Of a stretch of 64,000 nucleotides of DNA, positions 40,967-53,172 are shown piece after piece. Both the position numbers and the translations under genes were made by a program. The stretch lies in assembly GCF_964355755.1 (NCBI RefSeq), contig NC_092677.1, positions 12,918,101-12,982,100 of the forward strand, written 5' to 3'. The notes beneath the pieces are model-generated. The model searched no databases. It saw only the letters and a program-made list of their open reading frames with translations, and was not told where the DNA came from. How positions within the stretch are numbered: position 1 is the first letter of the stretch; every line of letters begins with the position of its first letter. The DNA is from Antedon mediterranea (taxonomy: Eukaryota; Animalia; Echinodermata).

Positions 40967-42502
40967 TAAGCCTTGCGATTAATTTGATTCTATTCTTATC
41001 CTAAATGACTCATTTTCTGGCATAAACTAAGTTTATAAACCTATCATTAAAATGGGTCTGGTGATTATTTTTTAGTCACCAAGATTAATTTAAAACTGTT
41101 AAATCTATCAAAGATTATTAAACCATTTATCTCTCTTGTGTTCACATTCCTTGGTATTTTTGTAGACTTAACAACTGTACAATAAACAGTAAGGAAGTCT
41201 ATACCATGTAAAAGAAGGACTATCTATATCAACAAGGCATACTCCTCCCACGCAACTAGTGCATGATGTAGTTACAACCGCATGCTTTTGGAAGGAAGCG
41301 GGTTATGCGTGTTGAGGTTATGTATGTGTGTGAGACACTCGTTCTTATGATGTATTCTGAATCATACCTAGAGGTGATAAGAATAGAACGTTTAATGGTA
41401 CTTGCTTAATTTTTATTTCAACTTGCATTTAAACATCGCCTAAATGCTAAAGAAATATTAAGGCACAAAATGTGCAAACTTCAGGCAAGTGTCCATCCAT
41501 CAAGTCCATCTGCAGCCACAAAGTCAACTCATTTTAAAAATATATATTCAGATAAATATCAACCTATTATCATACATCTGTTTTTATTTAATTATTTCTT
41601 ATTTCATACACCGTAAACTAACTTTGCCAATTACAGGAGGGATAAACTAGTTTATATTAAATCAAGTCTCATTTGAAACTTATGAAGTGTGTATCAAAGT
41701 ATTAGATACTCTAGTGCACAACTTTGGAATGTTTTGCCTCTTTCTTCCAAAACATACAAAATGTAAATAGTTTCAAAAAGATTGAAAAATATTATTTATT
41801 ATCAAACAATACTTAGCGGCCATGTTTATGTTAATATATTTACAAACCTCTAACAATTCAAAATGTATTAATATGTTTTGTACTGAAATTGAAATGTACC
41901 GCTTTACGTCTTATTGTTATTTTCATTTCTTTGTCTTGTATATGTTTTGTTTGCTTTTGAATGTTTTGTTTTGGCGTCCCTGACACAAGCTTTTTTTTTT
42001 TTGTGACGCCACCATTTTGGAAATAAATGTTGATTTTGATTGATTTGAAGATTAGTATATAAAAACTTTTTAAATTTTCTGAGAATATTTGTCACGAATA
42101 TATTTAGAAAACAACAATACCCATAAGCTGCATTTAATTAAAACTGGATTTCACCTTGACATTATGGATACTAAAGTATTAATCATAGAATTTATGATAG
42201 ATGAAATATAGAATCATTTTTCAACTTCCCGTTTTGTAGAGGCCCGGTTATAGTAGTGTAGTTTTGTTATTATTATGGCCTATTTGATTTTGATGTTGCA
42301 TTTATCATGTCATTCCTGTCAGGCATGTCATTGTCTTTTAATAATTTACTGACAAAACAAATTATAGACTTTTTTTCTGAATAATGAATGGTCCCACTGT
42401 ATGGTAGAATATTAACCTACTAGGATTTAACTTTAGTGCACAATATTTTGAAAATTGTGCATTCAGGTACAATATCTATATTATATTCTTTGTAAGCACA
42501 AC

Positions 42503-44421
42503 TGTAAAGTCTGGTGTTAAACGAAAGAAATGAGACAGAGAGACAACCATGTAAGTTACGATAAGTACAAGTGTTTAATGGCAAAACAACACGTCCTTTA
42601 TATACAGTAATACCTAGCACGCCACCACTCAGGTGTGTATGCAAATTGGGGTCTAGCGCCACCATATTACATCCCCCTTATCGACAAAAATAGAAAGTTT
42701 TTTTTTAGATTTTTTAGAATATAAACATTTAGAATATATAACAACATCCCCTTCACAGCAAACTTGAAACAACATACTAGCAAAATATCATACAGTCAAA
42801 AAAAAAAAAAAATTAAGTTATAAATGTTCGCAATATCGTTACAATTTTGAGGTATTCGTAGTTCGTATCATGGTTTATATCGATCAGGGATTTTCACTTC
42901 CCGTCCGGACCTTGTACGAATTATAGGTTGTTCTGGTTCGATCTCAGTTCTGCTCACATCTGGTTTATCCTGTGGGTCTGGGTTGAGAGGTTTGTTAGGT
43001 ACGGTTGTTTCTTGTAGTACAGGCGTACTGACTGGTATTTCTCGGATGTGTTGTCGATTTCGTCTGGTGATTTTACCATTCGTTATTACGGATCATAAGC
43101 CATTGATAATGATAACAAATAAACCACTAACATCTGCACCTCCTAGATTACAACGGATGCTGATCAAATTACAAGGATAATGGCCATTGGGCTAAGTTTT
43201 GTCTAACCAGTAAATTTAAAGATCATCGTAGTCGACCAAAATATAGAACTAATTATGCTCAAAACCACCAACGTTACCGACGGGGTCAATCCCCAAGACA
43301 ACGGGGTAGATACCAACGCAACCGCCCTTATGGATATGATAGAAATGTACATTATTTGGAACAGTCTGAACAGACGCATACTGATGATAACGATACTGAT
43401 TGCATGAATACGCAATTTGAATCATTTTCTTTCTCCTCTATACAAGTATCCAGTTTCTGTTTCCAAGACGGACCGAAACCCCGAGACGAAGCTTTCGCAA
43501 ATCTCAAAGTAAAACTTGACGGCAGACCAGGCACGCATAACTTACAATTAAAAGTTGATACTGGCGCACAAGCAAACACGCTCCCACTTAGAACATACCG
43601 TCACATGTTCCCGTACAATTTGAATACAAAAGGCTACCCACAACCAAATGCATTGGAAGCCACGCAGAACGTTTTGACGGCTTACAACGATACAAAAATA
43701 AAATGTTTTGGTACAACAAGAATACATTGCTGTTACGAGAACTCTACATGGTTGAGTACCACATTTTTTGTTGTTGATGTTCCAGGCCCAGCTGTAATCG
43801 GTCTTCCAACATGCGAACAACTCCGCATTGTAACACTGCACTGTAATATCAACAACACACCAACCAAATACAATCCCGTAGTTAATAACATCGAAGAACT
43901 TATTAAACTTTACCCTGACCAGTTTGATCGTATTGGTGAATTCAAAACGATACACAAGCTTGTTGTTGATCCTAACGTTCCCAGTCGAATGAATGCACCG
44001 AGACGTACACCTATTGCTTTAAAGGAAATGATAAAGGCTGAACTTTCAAAGATGGAGCAGTTAAATATCATAAAGCCAATTGAAGAGCCAACAGAGTGGG
44101 TAAGCTCACTAACGTATGTGACAAAAACAGATGGTAGCATTCGTGTTTGTTTGGACCCTAAATATTTAAACATGGCACTTGTCCGTCCGCAACACAGAAT
44201 TCCGACACTTGAAGAAATAAATCATAGATTCGCCAACGCAAAGTTTTTTTCCAAACTCGATGCCAAAGCTGGTTATTGGTCAGTAAAGTTAGATCACGAC
44301 AGCCAGAAACTTACCACTTTCCAAACACCCTTTGGACGCTATTGCTTCCAGCGTTTGCCTTTCGGATTGTCTGTGAGCCAGGATATATTTCAGCTTGAGA
44401 TGGATCGAATCATCACCATAT
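42503..44421. mobile_element. Rearranged Ty3/Gypsy LTR retrotransposon fragment
   Basis: Minus strand: LTR 42671-42503 (TGTAA..TTACA), PPT ATAAGGGGGA and integrase C-terminus (RRNRQHIR..TRSGREVKIPDRY). Plus strand: RNase H piece (TDHKPL..APPRLQRML), gag knuckle end (GHWAKFC), protease and RT. Confidence 0.9.
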
Positions 44422-44459
44422 TGCATTCAGGTACAATATCTATATTATATTCTTTGTAA
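43179..44459 (+). pseudogene. Truncated Gypsy gag-pol ORF (zinc-knuckle tail, aspartic protease, N-terminal RT)
   Basis: VDTGAQAN protease motif; RT motifs PTEWVSSL..IRVCLDP, FFSKLDAKAGYW and TPFGRYCFQRLPFGL; truncated before YxDD. Confidence 0.9.
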
Positions 44460-47400
44460 GCACAACAATGTAAAATTGGTTTCATTTCGTTTATTTATAG
44501 TAAGTTTTCTTTTCAAAGATGATAGCTGCTTAGTATCTGACATTTATGATATCAAGGTTATTAATTTACATCGGAGAACTAGCTTTCTCAGAAGATAAGA
44601 CACATTTGTAATGTAATTAATGCATTTGGGAATTAGCAATAAATGTTTTAATAGTCTTGGCAAAAAGTTCATTAAACGTATTCAATATTCTAGGAAGGAG
44701 GATAGGTAAATGGGAATGTCTACATGAAGATTTTAAAATGTTTAGTCTTTTCGTGCCTATAGCTTACCTAGATAAACTGAAAACAGCCATTATCCTCAAA
44801 AAGCGAGGTACTGTATAACTCGAAAAGTAGAGATTTAAAATGTTAATATTATCATGTAATTGGTTACCTTGCTGTTGGATGTTTATCTTAGAATAAAATC
44901 AAAACAATTTGTTGACATAGATTATCATTTGGCAATGAAATAATTATGGAATTTCAGGATATAGGTATTAAAATGTTATTCCTCTGCATCTATCCTATCA
45001 AATGGTACATATTTAATTCTTCAAGTTTGTTTTAAATAGCTTAGTTTGGTTTTGGTTTTGAATTGCATGGACTTCTTCGTGTTCCAATGGTTTTTTATTA
45101 AGGATATAATAAGTCATGGATAAAATATGGAAGTAAGTACAGTATGTTGTATTGTTTTACTAGTTATCAGCTATAGCAGCTATTGCCTAAAAAAACCAAA
45201 TTGTTTCATTGATTAATTCATGTTTGATGTTTAACTACATTTGATGTTGTAATCATTTGAGCAAACTTCCTTAATTTTGTAAAATAATTTGCCATATGTT
45301 TTAACCAAACCAATAATCTGATTAAAGTACATTACATTTTGCATTAGCAGTAAAATGTATTTTTATGTAATTGCTATAAACAGCTGAAATGCTATAATAA
45401 TTATGCATGCTAATTCTTTCAACATTATTTAATGTAAATCTTAAAACAGTTGGCTTTTTAATTTATTGTATATCATAGTTATGTTCAATTTTACATAGCA
45501 GACTTTAGATTCCAGTTCTTGTTAGAAGCCTACAGTAATTATCAAAGTTAAAGTAGTTTTTAAAATTATACCTCCCATTGAACACCACAACCCTACTCCC
45601 TAACGTGTACCCCTCCCCAACCTGTACCTCCTATAGCCTACGTCTAGCATGGTATGTCAATGAGGACAGGGTGATACCGCCTAATCCATTATTCGGATAG
45701 AGGTTTTTATTTTATAAACTACCAATATATTGGTTGATTTGGGTCTTTTCAATACTGGAAATTATTTAATTAATAAGATCTTTTTAATCTAGATATAAGT
45801 AGTAATCAGAAATAATAATAAAACATAGTGACAGATAGTGATAGTGACCTAACATTTGAGGTCAACCCTGAGGCAAATGTGAAGCTAGATTTGATGACGT
45901 TTGATGACTGGAACAAACCAAGTAGAATAATTTATAATATAATTGCTTTTGTAAATGGGTCATATTTAAATATTAGCATACTTTGTTAATTGTTAAATAA
46001 AACAGTTACAGTACCAAGGTTCCTTAAGCTTTTGCTTTTAAATTGATATTTAATACAGTTTGACATACTTTAGTATAGAATAATTAATTAAATTTAGACA
46101 GCTTAATTATTGTTAATAACCAGTTTTAAAAAAGGGGGTTCATGTGCCCCTTATGGTTGCCTCCTTTTTTCACTGCCCTGGATAAAAACAAGACGAGTAA
46201 ATAATTATACCTGTACTAGGCCATTTTGTCGTTCAATATTGTTAATTCATGTTTCTGCTGCATAGTGCCGAATAAACCGATTAGTTCAAAAATGTAATTT
46301 CTGTTCAATTTTTGTTCCAAAATAACCGTTTAAATCAGTTGGTGGTCGTTGGCAAAAATTGTTAGAATTACCCAAAATGCAATTAATCCTGCCGGTTAAT
46401 TCAAACATTACTACAGTGTAGTTGACCTGAGGTCAGCAGCTGTCAATCAAATAACCGTTATTTTGTGTTGCAGCTAAAAGTTGTCCAACCATAACCGGTT
46501 AAATTTTTATTTATTTATTCTTTCTTTTGTTGTTCTTTTTGGTGTTCTAACACCGAATTGAGTGGGTGTTTTTAACTGGTTATTGGGGGAAAAATATATC
46601 TTTAATGTATTATTGATAAATGTATGCTTAGGGCCTATAGACTAATACATTACTCATAGAATGTTTAAATATTCATTAAACTTGTAAATATTCATGATGC
46701 ATCATGTAGACCTACAATGTTCTTGCACCGATGTAGTATCATAAAAATAAGGTCACCTTTAAATTCTGTGAAGTAATGAATCATCATTAGCCAAGGCATC
46801 TGTATTTAGGGCTTTCTGCTATAAAACTAATTTATTCATAACTAATTTACATATTCATACCCTTTTATTCATGTAATGCTACATAATGTATTAAAATGTC
46901 CTTGTACTATTTTCTTTGCTATCAATTGATGCGAGGATTGCACTTTTCAATTAGACTGATTAATCAAAGGATTTTTTTTGAAGATATTCAAACATTTTTA
47001 TGATTCAAACTTTAGATAATTCAACAAATTTAAAGGTCACTCCCATTATTGACACGTCCCTTAAATTATACTGACGCTGCATTGAAATAATAGAAAAAAT
47101 ATATATTACGTTTTGCCAAGTTGTGCTGCACTGTAGCTATGTCATATTACACTTGATTACGTTACCTCTTTGAAAGTGTGTTAAACCCATGACTAGTATT
47201 TTTTGCTAGCCCCTTCGTTAATCTACCCCAAACACATAGCAGCAGCAGAACCATTTCTTAACTGTTCAACCACAGAGAGTATACTTCTCTCTTTGGTATT
47301 ATCTTAAGTCAAACACTGGTTAACTGAGATCAAGTTGTATTACTCAGTGGGGAAGCTAAACTTGCATGTTCACTTTGTAGCCTAAAGTCGTTGACGCTGA

Positions 47401-47525
47401 TTTCCTTGCTGAGTGCCAACACTCGTTGTGAGCGTGTGGAACTATAGTTATGATTTTTTTATAGCACACTGGGCCTGTTTGTTCCCAGTTTTAGGGAAAG
47501 GAAAGTTGCGTTTTAGGAATACAAA

Positions 47526-47564
47526 ATGGAAATAATACGTCCTAGGTTAAGGAGTGGAAAAGAG
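47526..47564 (+). CDS. Candidate alternative first coding exon (MEIIRPRLRSGKE) of the + strand gene
   Basis: AAAATGG start context, 13 codons, phase-0 donor GAG|GTACGT, preceded by less AT-rich 5'UTR-like sequence. Confidence 0.4.
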
Positions 47565-50500
47565 GTACGTAAAAGGAAAATAACTAACGTTTATAAATTG
47601 ATAATTTAATATGATTTTAAACATTAAAAGAGTTTTTATTTATTAAAGTTTGGTTGAATTATTTAGCATTATCAGCATATTATTATAATCATAACTTGTC
47701 AAGCTTTAGTTATAAATACACAGGAGGTACTGATACTAAAATGTGTAATAACATGTTTAATAATAGTAATCGTATATGTTTTTATTATTACATGTAACAT
47801 GTTGGAAAGAAATACCTAAAACCTATTCTTTTTATAATTAATTAGGATTGTGACATCATGCTAATTAACAACAAAGTTAATATGAACAAGTATTTTAGTT
47901 ATTTGTAGGCTTATATTTATTTTTCATATAGCACAGAGAATACTACTATTTAGTTACTTTAAGACATGGGTATTGGTTGATGGTTGTTTGGTAGGGTTGG
48001 GGGAGGGGGTTGGGAGTTGTGAGGTGGGGTAGGAAGGAGGGCTGTGATAGAGCTCACTTTACCACCTTTAATTTAAAACCACTATGAATTTACAACTTTA
48101 TTGCTATCAGGATAAGATATAGTCATGTGATTAAGCTCTATAGAAGCAAAACATTCAATTCCCATGGTAACAGCATGATTTGAATATCAACGATTAGTAA
48201 CATGATATTATTTACTCATATTTTTTATTCTATCAAATCAATTTATAATCAAGTTTGCACGATATTTTAAGTATGAAGTACTTATTTATTTTAGTATATA
48301 CTTATTTTTCAACCAATGGGTATAAGTACTAACTTTTGTTGGTAGTAAGATCAACTAGTTTTTGCCACAATAGTGTAAGAAATGTATATACCTCTTATAC
48401 TATAGTTAAACTATGGTGAGTTTGATTTTGATGATTTTGTTCGCATTACATTTTTACCAACTAAATCATTTGTTAAATTTCTGAATTTCTAACATCATTT
48501 TTGTGGGTGAAATTTTTGAGGTTTTCAAATCTCTTTTAAAAACTAGCAAATGTGGTAAATTTAACAATTTATATATATATATATATATATTTTTGTGTTA
48601 AAATATTGTTTATACTATTTAATTGTGTCAGTTAATTTGTTGTTTTTCTAAAACTGTGAATTTTGTTATGATATCTAGTCAGACCGACATTGGCATTAAT
48701 TTTTTGGCTGGGACTGGCTTTATGGACATAGAGTTTTCTATTTTTATTCAACCTGTTGACAACCTATTCTCTGTCCTCAAGTAGGCAGTAGCAATAATTT
48801 CCGATTCCGTTTTAAAATATGTTTCAATAATGTTCTTTTTTAGGGTGATCCAAAATGATACAAATATTCTTTAACTCATAGATTTGATAGAGGAAATTCT
48901 AAAACTGAAATTTAACCTAACTGATAAAACACATGGATCAAAATGAATATATATTAACTAATATAAAAATAGTAATAAGATTTTAATGATTTGGTTCAAA
49001 TTTTATATAAAATCAACTTATTTTTCTGTGGTTAAACTAGTATATACTAGTGTATCTAGGGTTTATAAATTTAAATTTACTTGATAAAATTTGATAAATT
49101 GTTTTGGCGTCTGTAAACCCAATGGTATTACTTATACAGATCCTGTTATAGACTTGTTTCTGACGAACTAATAAATGACAAATTCAGTTTGTTTTTTTAA
49201 ATTATTTTTTTATTATAGTTAGGCACTTAGGAACTTTAACCTTATTGAATATTGAATTTAATGTCCAAAATAGTTCTACAGAATTAGCAGCTTAAAAGGA
49301 GACATAGAGTGAGAGTGAAGTTTTATCTGAGGATAAATAAGTAAACATCTAACCCACGAAGATACAAGTCTACTCCAATCTTCCTACCCAGTATTAATAG
49401 TTGTTATCACATGGGCAATGCCGGGCCCCATCTTTAAAGAGAAGATGCAAAAACAAGTGTAAATCTGTAGTACATTGTCCTAAAACAAAGTGGAAACTTT
49501 CTGGAAACCAACACATCCAGAACTGACAAACTTCCTATTGTTTTGAAATACTATAACTTAATGTCATTTTAATTAACCAATCAAATTGGTATAAAGTTCC
49601 TTTTCTACATTTTTTTATTTCATCTTAATTCTCAAATATTCAATAAGGATGTTTGCCAAATGTAATACAGTGTGTGATACTTTAAAAACAACCTTGATTA
49701 ATTGGTTCATCCATTGATGAGTGGGTTGATTGCATTCCTAGATGTAGAAAGGGTTGCTAATCTAAACTTTAGTCATTCTGCCTGTCTGTCTGTCCGTCCT
49801 TTATTTGTGTCAGTTGGATATTTAAAAAAGGGAGCCTTACTTACAGCATATAGGAAAAGTTTGTTCAAACCTGATTTCATGCTCATTTAAAAAAGAACTG
49901 ACTTAAATTATCACTTTGTATCTCAGGGTGGGATTATACTTCAGTCAATATACAGTATTCATTATAGAATATAAATTCGTATTCATGAAAATGTGGATTA
50001 TTTGCATTCTTTTGTATTTATTTTATGAAATTTTGAACAACCATATCAGGAAACTTAGTGATTCATGCAACGATCACAGGAAATATGAAAGCAAAGATAA
50101 AAAAAAGAATAGAGGAAGGCTTTATTAACTTTACTGAAACCTTAAGTTTGGACATTCTTCATTTAATATGCTAATTAGTATGCTAATTATGTATTGTGTT
50201 TTTTTTAGCTGACAAAAAAATCAGGAATAATTAATATTGAAAAGCTTACATAAAACGATATTAATCAATTAAAAAGGCTTCACACATTTTGTTAGTACTT
50301 TTACATACATTTCACAGTATCATAGACAAACGCATAATACAGTTCTCACATACATCATATGCCTATTTTGGCCTATGAAACAGTGAATGACATGTTATTC
50401 CGTATCACAGAATTTGCCTATGATTCTCTACAAATTATAGATAGGTCCGAAAATTGACTACTGTTTTCTAACAATTCATTCGGGAAATTCCAATTTCGTC

Positions 50501-51470
50501 ATATTCCAAATTTAAAACTATAATCTCAATCTTTCGTCGGACAGGGCACAAATTGTTAAAACTGTGCATTATAGTGATGTTTGGACATGTCCATCTACAT
50601 TTTAGGTATAAGTGATAATGATAATATGCAAAACTTGTTTTTACTTGTAAAAAAGCACTTCCTTGATATGTGGAGTGAAAAGAGGGACGTAGCTATATCA
50701 GCTAGGTTTCAAAGGGTGCAAGAATCTGGTTAGGGTGTTTCTTGTGGAAATGACTCATGACTAATATTTCCGCATCTTCAAGCGTATGTAGGTACATCAC
50801 GTGTTAGACACAATTGATAAAACTGAAGAAGACTGCTTCAATATATACATATTTGCATGGCATCACTTTATCTCACAATGTAACACAGATTTTGCATTAT
50901 TACAATGTTTGCTGTAAACAAAATTAATTTTCATTTACATAAGTTAAATTTGTATCAATCATGTGTCTAGACACTTGATATTTTAGTATTAAATATCCAA
51001 ACAAAATTTCGAAAGCTTTCGTTCTTGTTAATTGAGTATGCTTTACCTTGTCAAGTTAATCAATATATTCCAACTTTTCTTCATCATCATGATATTGCGT
51101 TGCCTCAGCGATTCCCAACAGAAACAATGTGGTTATGAGAAATACATTCCCTGATATATGAACAATTAAAATTACATTAAAATGTGTCTTAATTATCAAT
51201 ATTGTATACAACTGAATAAAAATAAATCCTTTAAAGCACTACAAGAAAAGGAAATGATTTCACTTTTTCAACCCATAGGGAGAATTTTATTTCTTGAAAA
51301 AATTGCCTTCACATTAGTTTCATGGGAACACTTTCCTTTTGTCCTCAATCTAACCCTTTGTCTATGATTCTCTCTGTTAAAAGGAGAAATGTGTTATTAA
51401 TAATGGACCTTATGCAATATGAGGCTCCACCTTCTAAATGTGAATATTATTTTTATATATTATATCTTGG

Positions 51471-51745
51471 AGATAGTATACTTTAGAGAGAATATACTTC
51501 CAATGAGATTAGAGAGAGCATGCCTTCTTGAGGGCATACCTTAGAGAGAGTATACAGTACCTTCGAAAGAGCATACCTCAATAAGAGCATACCTTAGAGA
51601 GAGTATACCTTTGACAGAGCATACTTCCAAGAGGGCATACCTTAGGGGGAGTATACCTTTGAAAAAGCATACCTCCATGAGGACATGCTTTCACAACAAG
51701 AGCATACTTTAGAGAGAGCATACCTCCACAAGATTATACCTCCAC
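51471..51745. repeat. Degenerate minisatellite (about 17-21 bp, GAGAGCATACCTT core)
   Basis: About 13 recurrences of GAG(A/G)G(C/T)ATAC(C/T)T. Confidence 0.7.
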
Positions 51746-53172
51746 CTTCCTGCCTTTAGCTGAGACCCATTGGAAGGAAATGAACTTGAATGAACCCACG
51801 CACAGGACAACGAAAAGTGCCATCAAAACAACAATACCAACAACCCTAGCTATCAGTCCGCTTTTTCATTCATTATTTAAATCATCACTCTGGATTCAAA
51901 CAACTGTTGGTTGTCATACGTTGGACACCCCTACTTCCCTTCCTACTGTGGGATGCCATATTCATGTGTATACTTTCACCTGTTAAAACAAGTTAAAATG
52001 ACGTTTAAAAACAGGTTTCTATGATGTAAGCACATGACCTTTCCTGTTTTATAACATTGCAAGCTACTTTCAATTCGCTTGTTTTTCATGGCACGATGGT
52101 ATTGTCCAGTACCATACTGACTCAGAAGTCTATACCTTGTGTAGAAGTTCATACTTTTAATTGGTATAAGTTTTGTGCAAATTGATGATACTAACTATTA
52201 GTGTGTATTATTTGAGCTTAATTTTGTTTAAAGTAAAAGCACCAATTTTCCTTTTGTTTGTAAGTGTAGCACCGTCATTTGTCAAAATTATCGTGGAATT
52301 ATTTGCAAAAGAAACTGTAAAATGCGAAATTATACTAATAAATAAAAAGAAATAAAGTCAAGTATTAAGTTATAAATAAAATAAATTAGTTGATTCTAAC
52401 TTGTAATTAATATTGCGCTGCTCAAATAAACACTGACAACATAATTATTTAAGACACTTTTATTTCTAGCTTCAGGTATAAAAACTAAAAAAAAGTTAAT
52501 TGTTGTACATTAAAGATCAACTCCCATTCAAACTGAACTATATATATTAAACAATTAATTAAATAATATTAATAATCAATAAAATAATTAAATAAGGATC
52601 TGTATTGATGTAATTGTTTTTTTAATTAGTTATTGTTATTAATATTAATACAAATTTTTAAAGACAAATAGTCTTCTTACTTTTCCGTAGCTTATTATTG
52701 TAGTTAGAAATATAATTATATTCAAGGAAATGATTCAGATTGAAATTGGCCAATAACTACAGGCTAGCTTGTCTGATTTTAAAGTCACAAATTGAATACA
52801 AGTTTATATTTTCCACAAACAGTTACCAGTATTTTGTAAATCAATCAGGTTTTCCCTCAACTAAATTTGATAAAATCTGTCAATTTCTGTGTACTCCATA
52901 TAATATATTGTGAGACAGAGTTGAAAGATTTTGGTAAAGCTATCATTTCTATTACATTTATATTAATATTGAATAATATCTTTATTGGAAAAACGGATAC
53001 ACTTAATATAGTGTTTTTAACAAGGCCATTACAAAACTATTTACAAAAATCAACAAACAATTAAAAGTAAAAGAAGTAAAAAGACTGTAATAAAAACAAT
53101 ACAAAAGTATTGGAAATATCCACAACATTATTTATTGTGCTTGGCAGAATTATTTAGATCTGTATAGCAACT

